Source: Azolla caroliniana
Taxonomy: Eukaryota > Plantae > Polypodiophyta
DNA length: 64,000 bases
Reading direction: 5' to 3'
Assembly: GCA_043228905.1 (NCBI GenBank)
Contig: JBHGNT010000022.1
Span: forward strand, 6,820,001 to 6,884,000
The notes below the pieces were generated by a model. It did no database searches and was not told where the DNA came from. It worked only from the letters and a program-made list of their open reading frames with translations. Shown in pieces: positions 12,260-22,980 of this stretch. Every line of letters starts with the position of its first letter. The first letter of the stretch is position 1. Position numbers and translations under genes: made by a program.

Positions 12260-13204
12260 ATGTTAGAATCATCTAGTAACATTGAGCAAATTTTGGCGGT
12301 GTTGCATCAACTCCAACATGAGAATGCAAGCTTACAAAACTCAGTTCAAGAACTTCAGGTAGCAACGACGGTTATACCTCACCCGATTATTGACCCTTCT
12401 GTTGTAGAACCTAATGTTTGCTTGCCAGAAAAATTCAATGGAACAAGGTCGCGATTAAGAGGCTTCATCAACCAAATTTGCCTTATTATTCGTCTTCAAC
12501 CCCGACAATATTCTGATGACTTTCGACAAGTTGGGCTGATCGGCACGTTGCTAACAGGACAAGCACAAGCATGGTTTGCCCCTCTAGTAGAGACTTCTTC
12601 GCCTCTTTTGAATGACTTCCATGCATTTCTTATCGAATTTGAGGCAACTTTTGGGGAGACTGACAAACGACAAGCCGCGCTCAACAAACTATACGCATTA
12701 CAACAAGGAGAACGTGCAACATCAATCTATGCATCTGAGTTTCGTCAGCTCGCATGCGATGTGGAACGGGATGAACAAGCCCTCCTCGATCAATTCCGTC
12801 AAGGATTACGAGGTGATATAAAAAATCCTTTGCTTAACTTTCCTGAGCCCACATCTTTGAATAAGGCTATTTCCCAAGCTGTGCGTTGCGATAACCGTCT
12901 CTTTGACTTTCGGCAAGAGGTATGTCCTCTTCGGATCCATCCACCTTGGCCAACCGCTTCATCTTCATTGTCACCTCCCACCATAGATTCTAGCTCCCCA
13001 ATGGAGATCGATCGAATTCGCTATCGACCACTGACTAACGTGCAACGACAACATCGACGAGCTAACAATTTATGTCTCTATTATGGCGACCCTGGCCATT
13101 TGATCTGTTCTTGCCCAAAAAGGGGACCCCACCGAACACCACATCATGTGGATGGGGTTAACATTTTCTACCAATTGGAAAACTCCAATGTCCAGTTGCA
13201 GTAG
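12260..13204 (+). CDS. gag: Chromovirus Gag (open, 314 aa)
   Basis: LPEKFNGTRSRLRGF, LLTGQAQAWF, LQQGERATSIYASEF, PMEID and a degenerate CCHC knuckle (CLYYGDPGHLICSC). Confidence 0.9.
   Translation: MLESSSNIEQILAVLHQLQHENASLQNSVQELQVATTVIPHPIIDPSVVEPNVCLPEKFNGTRSRLRGFINQICLIIRLQPRQYSDDFRQVGLIGTLLTGQAQAWFAPLVETSSPLLNDFHAFLIEFEATFGETDKRQAALNKLYALQQGERATSIYASEFRQLACDVERDEQALLDQFRQGLRGDIKNPLLNFPEPTSLNKAISQAVRCDNRLFDFRQEVCPLRIHPPWPTASSSLSPPTIDSSSPMEIDRIRYRPLTNVQRQHRRANNLCLYYGDPGHLICSCPKRGPHRTPHHVDGVNIFYQLENSNVQLQ
13177..13183 (+). promoter_or_regulatory. Putative -1 ribosomal frameshift site G GAA AAC
   Basis: In the gag/pol overlap; pol frame is -1 and open from here; downstream stem CAGTTGCA...TGCATCTG. 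Confidence 0.6.
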
Positions 13205-13689
13205 GGGTTGTGCATCTGAACCACAAGAGTCAACAATTGTGTCAAGGGCCCAATCAACCGACTTCTTCGACAACAAGCTTCACTCTTCTGGTCACTCTTC
13301 AGTTTGGCTCCAACACTCTAAAGAAAAAAGCTTTGTTGGATTTTGGGGCTAAATTGTGCTTTATTGACATCATATTTGCACGGACACACAACATTCCAAG
13401 CAACAAAATAATTGTCCCGATTCCAGTTGATGTGATCGATGGTCGAATGCTCTCTTCTGGTGCAATCACAGATACAACAATTCCCTTGAGTCTCCACATA
13501 GGAACCCACCAGGAAGAAATCATTTTTAACCTCATCACATCACCTCGACATCCTATCATCTTGGGGTTATCATGGCTCGAGACTCACAATCCAATCGTGG
13601 ATTGGCGATCTCGCTCCATCAATTTCACCTCGAATTCTCTCCCACAAGGGATTACTTCCACTCTTCTTCGAGCTAATGCTCCGCCATTT

Positions 13690-14040
13690 GTTTGGCCGCC
13701 TACTTCGGTGAGGACCATGTCAACGGTTGCTCCCACTCATGTTTCGGGGACAACTACAGTTTCTACTCCAGTGAGCACTACATCAATGGTTGCTACGACT
13801 CCAGTCTCCGCTCTGGTGAGGACCGTGTCAATGGTTGCTACCTCTCATGTTTTGGGAACAACTCCCGTTTTTGCTCCAATGAGGACCACATCAATGGTTG
13901 CTCCGATTCCCATCTCCGCTCCAGTGAGGACCACGTCAACAGTTGCTCCCACTCATGATTCGAGGGCAACTCCCATCTCTTCTCCAGTGAGGATGACATT
14001 AGTGGTCACTCCCATTTCGTCTTCAACAAGAACCATATCA
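13690..14040 (+). repeat. Coding minisatellite giving a Thr/Pro/Ser/Val-rich linker
   Basis: About 6 degenerate units of GTGAGGACCAC(A/G)TCAA(T/C)GGTTGCT...; peptide PVRTTSMVAPT-like. Confidence 0.8.
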
Positions 14041-17000
14041 ACGATTGCTCCAATAGAAACAACATTGATAGTTCCAACCGCACCGGCCTCGGAAACAGAT
14101 TCCACTCTTGTTCGGGTAAGTGATACAATGTTAATTGCATCCATTTCTAATTCTAAGGACATGGCGGTCATGTCCACTCCAGACACTACCCTATGTAGTA
14201 GCTCTTTTCCATCGAAATACAATGATTTCTTTGATGTATTTGAGAAGAAAAATGTTGATCACTTGCCTGAACATCACCCATACGATTGTCCAATTGACTT
14301 GAAAGATGGTGCTTGTCCTCCTTTCGGCCCTATCTATGGGTTATTTGAACCTGAACTCAAGGCCCTCAAAATATACATTGAAGAGAATCTCGCAAAGTGA
14401 TCCATTGGCCCCTCAAAATCTCCAGCTGGCTCTCCTATTCTATTTGTCAAAAAGAAAGATGGAACTCCACGCTTATGTATCGACTATCACGGGCTCAATC
14501 GAGTCACTGTTCGAAATTGCTATCCACTACCTCTAATCCCCGAGCTCCTCGACCAACTTCGGGCTAGGTGTATATTCTCCAAAATTGATCTCAGAGGTGC
14601 CTACAACTTGGTACGTATCAAGCCTAGAGATGAGTGGAAAACGGAATTTCGAACCGCGTACGGGCATTTTGAATACATGGTAATGGCATTTGTTCTCACA
14701 AATGCTCCTGTTGTTTTTCAACATATGATGAATGACATCTTCCAAGAATAGCTGGACCAATTTGTGGTCATCTATCTCCACGACATACTTATCTTCTCAC
14801 AGGACTACATAGAGCACACCAAGCTCGTCCAACTTATCTTGTCCAAACTTCGGGAACATGGACTTTATGCGAAACCCGAGAAGTGCAAATTTGATCGAAC
14901 CTCAATTGAATTCCTTGGTTACGTCATTTCATCTAATGGTCTCACTATGGATAAGAAGAAAGTCGCAACAGTTCAAGAGTGGGAAGACCCACCAAGGTCA
15001 AGGATGTGCAATCATTTTTGGGTTTTGCCAACTTCTATTGCCTATTCATCCAAGGATTCTCTACACTAGTGCAACCACTTATAGCACTCACTCAGAAGGA
15101 TTCCCCTTTTTGCTGGACTCCAACAACCCAACTAGCATTCGAGACACTAAAGAAAGCTTTTACCTCGGCTCCGGTAATTTTTCATCCAGATCTGATCAAA
15201 CCATTTACAGTCGAAACTGATGCCTCTGACTTCGCCATTGGTGCCATTCTCTCTCAATCAGATAAAAACGGGTTCCTTCAGCCTGTTGCCTTTTTTTCTA
15301 GGAAGTTCACACCCCCCGAGATCAACTACCCAATTTATGACAAAGAACTCTTTGCCATTATTGCCGCCTTTGAAGAATGGCGTCCTTACTTGGCGGGTGC
15401 CCAAAACCGTATCCAGGTGGTGACCGATCACAAGAACCTTGTCTACTTCACCACTACTTGCATTTTGAATGGAAGGCAAGCGCAATGGTCGACCTTCCTA
15501 GCCAATTATGACTTTGAAATTGTTTTTTGTCCTAGTGCCCAACATGGTAAAGCCGATGCGCTATCTCGACGTTCGGATTTCGAAATTCGGCTAGGGGATA
15601 CAACCTACAATCAACAATCACATTGTCTCCTACAGCCACATCAATTTCAACTCTGTGCAACTTATATGGCCGTGGATGAATCATTACTCAATGCCATAGC
15701 CACAAATACTGCCACCGACAAATTTGCACAAGAGATTAGGGAGAATCTTAACAACTCATCCAAGGGCGAGGTACGGAATATTGATAACCAATTTATGTTT
15801 CGGGATGGTTTTCTTTTTCGGTACAACTTAATGTATGTCCCAGATGGTCCTTGTTGTTTCGTATCTTGAAGGAATGCCATGAAGATGCCCTAGCTGGACA
15901 TTTTGGCATTGCAAAAACTTTGGAGTTAATATCTAGAAGTTATTGGTGGCCATAACCTTGGAAACTTGTTAAAGAATTCGTGAAAACATGTGATACATGT
16001 GCCCGCACCAAAGCAGTACATCATCGTCCCTATGGTCTACTTCAACCTTTGCCAAATCCAAATAGGCCATGGGCCTCCATCTCGACGAACTTTATCACTA
16101 ACCTTCCAGACATTGATGTATTCAATTCAGTATTAGTGGTGGTTGATAGATTCACAAAGATGGCACACTTTATTCCATGTTCTAAGGCAATTTCAGGTAT
16201 GGAAACAACAGATCAATTATTAACAAATATTGTGCGCCTTCATGGTTTACCGGATGACATTATCTCTGATTGCGGTCCCCAATTTATGTCTCATTTCTGG
16301 AAACGCCTCTTCCAAACACTTGGAACTTCTACAAAATTTTCGATAGCATTCCATCCTGAGACAGATGGACAAACGGAACGAGTGAATCAGATTCTAGAGC
16401 AATATCTCCGATGTATGATAAGTTATCAACAAGATGATTGGATCAAATTTCTTCCAATGGCCGAGTTCGCCTACAACAATACTCTCCACACATCAACTAA
16501 CATAACACCCTTCTTCGCAAACTATGGGTTCCATCCACGCTTTAACATAGCTATCCCTGTTGGTTCTATGAATCCATCTACTAAAGAACAAGCTCGTCTG
16601 ATGAAAGAAGTGCATCATGACCTATCCCTCGAACTCTCCATTGCTCAAGAACGACACAAAGAGAAGGTTGATCGACATTGGTGGGATGCACCTAGTTTTA
16701 AAGTCGGCGACATGGTCTAGCTATTACGACGGCATATTCTGACTACTCGTCCATGCAACAAACTTGATTACAAAAAATTGGGTCCGTTCCAAATTTTTGA
16801 CAAAGTCAACCTCGTAGCTTTCCATCTTGCTCTTCCATCACACTACCGAATTCACAATGTCTTCCATGCATCTCTTCTTGAGCTCTACCATCCATCCTCA
16901 ATTCCAGGAAGAAGCATCAAGCTGCCACCCCTTGTGGCATTGGCAACCGGGGATGAGTATGAAGTTGAGACCATTCTAGACTCGCGCATAAGCCGACGAA

Positions 17001-17161
17001 ATATCCAGTATTTGGTCTTGTGGAAAGGATATCCCATTTCTGAGGCCACATGGGAGCCTACAAAAAATTTACTCAATGCCCCAGATGTGGTTCATGATTT
17101 TCATCTCCGATATCCTCACAAACCTACACCTTCTTGAAGTCGGCTCTTAAGGGGAGGATAA

Positions 17162-17772
17162 TGTCATGAACATCGAGTCGAATTCATGCCTTAGGTCCTT
17201 GTATATATATATTTCTCCTAGAAAGACTTTAGACTTTAAACCTTTGTATAAAGAGTGATATGTAAGACTGAGTATGTAAGACTTAGTGTGTAAGACTCAG
17301 TATGTAAGACTTGGCATGCAAGAATTAGTATGCTTAATATTATAGTATGTATGACTTGGCATGAGCATGCTTATCATGCATCACTATTGGCATCGAGTCG
17401 AATTCAAGCCTTAGGTCCTTGTATATATATATTTCTCCTAGAAAAACTTTAGACTTTAAACCTTTGTATAAAGAGTGGTATGTAAGACTTAGTATGTAAG
17501 ACTCAGTATGTAAGACTCAATATGTAAGACTCAATATGTAAGACTTGGCATGCAAGAATCAGTATGCTTAATATTATAGTATGTAGGACTTGGCATGAGC
17601 ATGCTTATCATGCATCACTATATGTATAAAAAGGGTTGATCTCCCTTGTTAACATCAAGGAGATCAACACCAGTCATGGAATAGATATTCATACTCATTG
17701 TCATCAACTTATCCATCTCTCTATCTCATCAACTTACCCATCTCTTTGTCTTCCAATTCTTCATCCGTGACA
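17162..17772 (+). repeat. 3' LTR of element B with tandem duplication of U3
   Basis: U3 copy 17162-17387 followed by a restart at CATCGAGTCGAATTC (17391) through to the LTR end. Confidence 0.9.
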
Positions 17773-17794
17773 CTAAAGACAATTTGGCTCAAAT

Positions 17795-18728
17795 TGTCAA
17801 GGATAGTACTAGAGGCAAGGATAATTAGTACTAAAGATAGAGGAGAATAATGAGGATTAGTACTAAGAAGGGAAAGATTGTATGAGAATCACGAGAGAGG
17901 AGAGAGAAAGAGAGAGAAAGAAAGAAAGAAAGAAAGATATATTAACGTCTTCTAAGGCCAAAATTGGCCCATGAGACAAATGGTTTACAAAAAAAAAAGG
18001 GATATTTACCCATTCATCGAAAGTAAAAAATAAAAATAAAAATAGAGTTTTAAGCTAAATAGTTCTAGTAAAATAAAATAACAAACATGTTCTACAATGA
18101 AAATGATGTTATACTATGCCTAATTTCATTTCCATCCAAGTCTCTCGAAGAGAAGCGGGGGATCAAAGGGTTTCGATGTGGATGTGGCCTGTGGTCCCAA
18201 TGTAAAAGGTACCCCAACCATAACTTCTAGTCGACGTAGCTCACGTTCCCTTATCATCTTAATCCTTTCTACTTCGTGTTGACTTGTTTTGAAGCCCAAC
18301 ATCCGTGGGGGTTTGGTTGTTCTTTGCGTTTCGGCTTCCTCAAGAGAGAGGCAAAGCTGGGTAAGTGTATCCACATTCATCGTCTCCCCTTGTTCCTGAA
18401 AATTTATATTATCATGACAACAAGAAGTATATTATATTATATGAAGAAAGATACCAGAACATCTAGGAGGCTTAAGACTCGCATTGAATCGAATTGGTTC
18501 TCAATAATGCCATGTGCCTCTTTTTATAGTGTGCTTAGGAGTATTCTTGATATTTCTAGAATGTTCCAGAGAAATTTAGAATATACATGGATTTCCTAGG
18601 TGAAATAATAAATGAAAACAAATATTCTTTTTATTACAATGTGTAGCTTAATGGAAGGGCTTCAACCCATGTGACACAAGGTAATGTGTTCAAATCCTTT
18701 TGAAGCCATACCATGCTATATCATGACA
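17795..18728 (-). repeat. 5' LTR of chromovirus A1, interrupted in its (GA)n tract
   Basis: TGTCAAGGATAGTAC...ATGACA; matches 2667-3140 apart from the insert at 17906-18409. Confidence 0.88.
17906..18409 (-). mobile_element. 5'-truncated non-LTR retroelement (LINE 3' end or SINE-like) with (CTTT)n tail
   Basis: Absent from the sister LTR; terminal ~45 nt resemble the 3' end of the LINE at 48421-48465; short ORF remnant 18126-18380. Confidence 0.7.
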
Positions 18729-19909
18729 GTTGTCTCCAATTCGTCTTCATCCCTTCATCACGTTAGACCACGTCCGGGTCTTGGCCTTCTTCCTCTAGTT
18801 GGCTCTGTCCTTCTTGACTTTGTCGTCATCGCCACTTGTTCTGACTTGTTCAGATGTGTTGACTTTCTCAATCGACTCGGCTTCCTTTTTCTTCTTGTCT
18901 CCCCCTGCTTCGGTTGTTTCCTTCTCTCAGGCTACTTGTCTAGTGCCTTTGCTGGATTTCCCAATTCCCGTTCCAGTTTCCTCCTTCTTTCTCCCCTTCA
19001 AGTGTGGCATGTCGAGATGTTGAAGACTAAGCATCTCCGAAAAATGTTACAACTTGTCCAAGCTAAGGGGTTTGGTGAAGATGTCGGCAGTCTGCCGATC
19101 CGTCAAAACATACACAAGTTCGACTTCACCGGAGGACACACTCACGGACAAAATGGTAGTGAACCTCAATGTGCTTGGTCTAGGTGTTGAAAACGGGGTT
19201 CTTTGATAGCTGAATGATGTTGAGGTTGTCATAGTAGATCGTTGTCGGATCGGATATCCCCAACTGCAATTCCTTTAGAAGCTGGCTATAGTGTGTAACC
19301 GGGGTGGATTGGGCAAGTCGGCAATGTGCAACATGTGCACATGTATAGTAGCAAAATGGTGTAAAGAATAAGGAGGAGAATTTATCCCACATTGTAACGT
19401 CTCTCCCTCCTTGGGCTATAAAAGGAAGGGAGGGGTCTCTTGTGAAGGGTTGCCCATTTTGAGTCGTAGGGGTATTATACCATTTTGTGGAGGGTCTTTC
19501 TTTTTATAGGGTTAGTACTTCCTGTTTTCTTTCCTTCTTCTTCTCCTTCTCGAGAAGTCGGGCGCCGCAGCTATGGCAGCAAAGTTGTTAGGTTAACTTC
19601 TTTTCATCTGAGCGTAGCCAGCTTGAAGCCATGGTTGTAACATTTCCCTTGTAATATATATAATCGTATCAGTTTGTGCATATTGGTGTATTCGGTGGTG
19701 ACGGGAGCACATCCCCTCTCTTTGTTTCCTGTGTATACAAGTCGATGCGCGCGCATGCTCTCTCTTCCCTTCTCGCTCTCTCCCTCTCGTGTTCGGTTGC
19801 CTCCAGGTCATGTCCGGAGTTGGTTTTCTTGGCATCCCTTTTCTCCCTCATCCGAGATCCCCATGGTCCCGCCCTTTCGACACGTACGTGCATAATAACG
19901 CGACATATT

Positions 19910-19926
19910 TGGTGAACCCAACATGA
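19910..19926 (+). promoter_or_regulatory. PBS complementary to tRNA-Trp
   Basis: TGGTGAACCCAACATGA matches the complement of the plant tRNA-Trp 3' end as recalled (TGGTGAACCCGACGTGA), apart from two CpG-type transitions. Confidence 0.7.
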
Positions 19927-19942
19927 AGGGCGGCAAGCGAGA

Positions 19943-20550
19943 ATGGAGTTGGAAGAAGGCGACTTCACGCAACTTTTTGTCGAATCGGTGAGGGAGTTTG
20001 GACGAGTAACAACAAGAATGGAGACAGCACAACAAGTTGTTGACCGAGTGGTCGAAAGAGTCGGCCGTTTCAACGGGGACGAAGTCCCATTCTACTTGGA
20101 AGCCTACAACGCAAAAATGGAGGAGCGAGACGTAGACGAGGCATTGAGGCTAGAGTTCTTCTATCGGGTTGTCGTTGTTCGTATGCACGCGGAAGTGAAG
20201 GAGCTCTGAGAAGCTCATAGTTCGTGGGAGGCCTTCGAAGAGGCGCTCCTGCAGGCATATGGAGGATGTGGGAAGAGCCGGGGAAGATGCGGCTTCGACC
20301 AGTTGATGGCATCGGCAAAGACCCATTGGGGTGCAACGAAGGCGTTCCGAGAGTTCGAGCGACGACTTGCTCGTCTCCCAGAGCGGGAACAAGGTTTGGT
20401 GGGGGCAGAAAAAGTCCTGTTGTTCGTTAAGTCGATCGACCAGCGGAACGGGAGGCCATCGGGATTGAGCTCGAAGACGAGGACAGAGCGAATGGCTTTA
20501 CGGAGGATTGGTCGAAGGTCGGAAGGGTATTCCAACGGCTAGACGATGAG
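19943..20550 (+). pseudogene. gag: Gag-like ORF of element E
   Basis: GRFNGDEVPFYLEAY...SWEAFEEALLQAYG, retrotransposon capsid-like motifs; in-frame stop and frameshifts. Confidence 0.65.
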
Positions 20551-21679
20551 CGAGCCGAGAAGGCTAGGAGGAAGGCGTGTGACAGCGTACCATCACAGTG
20601 GGAAGAGGCCGAACGGCAAAAAGAGTCGGCAAGGCTCGGCTTCGCGGCCAGGATTGTGAAGGCGTATGCAGATCACGAGGCAATGCTCGAGGCACAAGAA
20701 AGAACGAGGCCGCAAGCAGACGCCGAGGAGACGGACTTGCCCCACTAGATGGCAGAATATCGGTACCATGGTACCACGGGAGAGGGTGTGGAACAAAACT
20801 CCCTCTTAGCCTACGAAGATAGAACGGCTGAGGACAAGGCCGAGGTACCGATCGCAGAATCGGAGCGTTGGGACCAACGGTTTCGGGTACGTTAGCCCGA
20901 AACTCCGGACATTGTAGAAGCAATCCCAGGCAGGGCTTGCACGATCGGTAAGAAGATGACCACCGACCACGAGGAGCCAGTGGATACGAACAAGGGTGCA
21001 AATAGGACGGGCGATTCTACGCGTCTTCCCACGCTTGCTCTCGAGACGATGGCAGTCGGGCCCGAGTGCCCACGTGAGTCCTGAGAGGAGGAAGGCGGCG
21101 GCGTGAGATTGAGAATCACTGGCGAGACGATATGGGGAAGGAATAGACAAGAGCCCTCGGAACCGATTCCAGAGAACTCGGCAATCGGGCGCTTACGCCC
21201 ATGTGAGACCGAGGAGATGGATGACGGTATCGAGGAGTCCTACCACGATGCCAACAAAGATGGATGGGAAATGGCCCATGAGAAGGTCGACGAAGGAACC
21301 GAGAAACGACCCAACCAAGGACCGAATTGCGCGGCACTCCGATTCGGGTGGGGCACGATCCGGTCATGGATTGTTCGACCGGGGCCAGAATCGGCATGAG
21401 GGTATCGATACGAGAGAGGGTGCGGAACGAACCGCCCTCTTTTACATGGGGAGAAATACCAACCGGGTGAAGGTCGGGGATCAAAGGGAAGGTGATCAAG
21501 GGTTCAGAACAAATCCGGCGGGATCGGCATTGGAGCCGAAACTCTGGACATTGGAGAATCAAGCTCAGGCGGGCTTGGTTGATCACAGAGCGGATGCTAT
21601 CCACCGATACCACAAAGGGGATCGGTGGCCTGGGACGAGTCGCCGGAGGACGCTACGAAATCGGTTACCCCACATCTTG

Positions 21680-22980
21680 ACCGGAGACTTTGGCGGTTCA
21701 AGCCAACAAGGCAATGTGAGTCCGAAAGAGAAGGGAGATGGTAGCGAAGCATAAAGAAGGGATCAACGACGATGGGGAGAAACGGGATTAGAGTGCGAGG
21801 AACCGTTCCTATGGGGTCCTCACACCGATCCGGGACACCGGCAGTTCAAGCCAACATGGCAACGTGAGACCAAGTGAGAAGGATGGTGGAGGCAGGAAAC
21901 GGGAGTCGGCGATGTAGTGCGGAGGGGCGATCCTAAGGGGATCCTCACACGAATCCGGAGACACCGGCAGTTCAAGCCGACGTGGCAATGTGAGACCGAG
22001 TGAGAAGGATGGTGGCGGCAGGTAAACGGGATCAAGCTGGAGGGACGGGGGCAAGGCGACAAGGAGGTATCAGGCCGGCAAGGCGGCCACAAACCAAAAC
22101 CAGACTTTCCGGCAAGGTCGATGGAAGAAGCAAAGAAAGACAGTCCTATGGGTTCCTCACACCAATCCGGAGACACCGCAGTTCAAGACAACGTGGCAAC
22201 GTGAGAACGATGGTGGCGGCGGGAAACCAGACCCGACAACAATGGGAGCAGGCAAGCCCGGAGTTGACAAGGGCCGAACCCTTACCGGCCGGTTACGGTT
22301 TCGGAGAGAAGCCGGTGAGGGGTAAGCGCAGAGCGGAACAAGAGATGTGCGAGTGACCATCGAGGGCCGAAGCAAGCACGAGTTCGGGACGGTGTTCGGC
22401 ACGGGTGGTGCCGATCAAGGATGGTGGAAGACGGCAGACGGCGATGCCGGGAACAAGGTAACATGAGCACGCAACAAACTGCATAGTTGAAGACCGGAGA
22501 CAGTATCAAAAACCGGAGAAGGATCCTTCACACTCGCTTTGGGGATCTCGGCGGCTCGGTCGGAGTGGCGATGACTGGTGTGGCAAGACAAGCCCGAGAT
22601 AACAAGCCGGTGGGGCGAGGGGACGATGGCAAGCAGAAAGCTCCGGACCGTTCACAGCAACGCGAGCGAAAGGGGGCCAAGCGGGCTACTACGGGGTGTT
22701 CCTCGGACACGGAGGACACCAGTATGTAGAGAGGAAGGTGATGCACGATCTGGCCGGGCAAGGGCCGACCACGCATGCAAAACGAACTATGAGGAGGGAA
22801 TGTCGGCACACGAAGGTGTCGAAAGGGAGTTTATGCGCGAAGGATGGTTGTCGGTTCAAGTGATCTCGCATGGAAGGCCGGAGAGGGATCCTCCACACCG
22901 GTTTCGGAGACTTTGGCAGTTCACGCCGCCGAGGCAACGTAAGACCAAGGAGAAGAAAGGTGGCGGTGAGGGGACGAAGG
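21680..22980 (+). repeat. Internal ~90-125 bp repeats of element E
   Basis: CCTCACAC..ATCCGG(A)GACACCGGCAGTTCAAGCC..C.TGGCAA.GTGAGACC at ~21680, 21818, 21944, 22156 and 22890. Confidence 0.8.

Larger units (their letters stand above)
13177..17137 (+). pseudogene. pol: Chromovirus Pol (PR, T/P-rich linker, RT, RNase H, IN, chromodomain) in the -1 frame, with several stops and frameshifts
   Basis: ALLDFGA protease; [10 protein letters not shown] and YLHDILI RT; ETDASDFAIGA RNase H; TDGQTERVNQ integrase; EYEVETILDSR...YLVLWKGYP...ATWEP chromodomain. Confidence 0.92.
11851..17772 (+). mobile_element. Full-length Ty3/gypsy chromovirus B (Tcn1-like), mildly degenerate
   Basis: LTRs 11851-12213 and 17162-17772; TSD CTGAA/CTAAA; PPT AAGGGGAGGATAA at ~17149-17161; gag-PR-RT-RH-IN-chromodomain order. 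Confidence 0.93.
2667..18728 (-). mobile_element. Ty3/gypsy chromovirus A1 (Tcn1-like), degenerate, with nested insertions
   Basis: LTRs 2667-3140 and 17795-18728; degenerate TSD GCTAT/GTTGT; host copia D reads continuously across the insertion; chromodomain ~3190-3380, integrase 3560-4480, RNase H 4740-5200, RT 5200-5990, protease 8047-8460 (ALLDSGANSCF), gag 8700-11790. Confidence 0.85.

Noticed and set aside
17250-17550. 14-bp AGTATGTAAGACT tandem repeats as a separate satellite or CRISPR
   Set aside because: They are U3 sub-repeats of the element B LTR and have no spacers.
21680-22230. Repeat-spacer-like pattern resembling a CRISPR array
   Set aside because: Units are 90-125 bp, degenerate, lie inside an LTR element and have no cas genes nearby; the context is eukaryotic.
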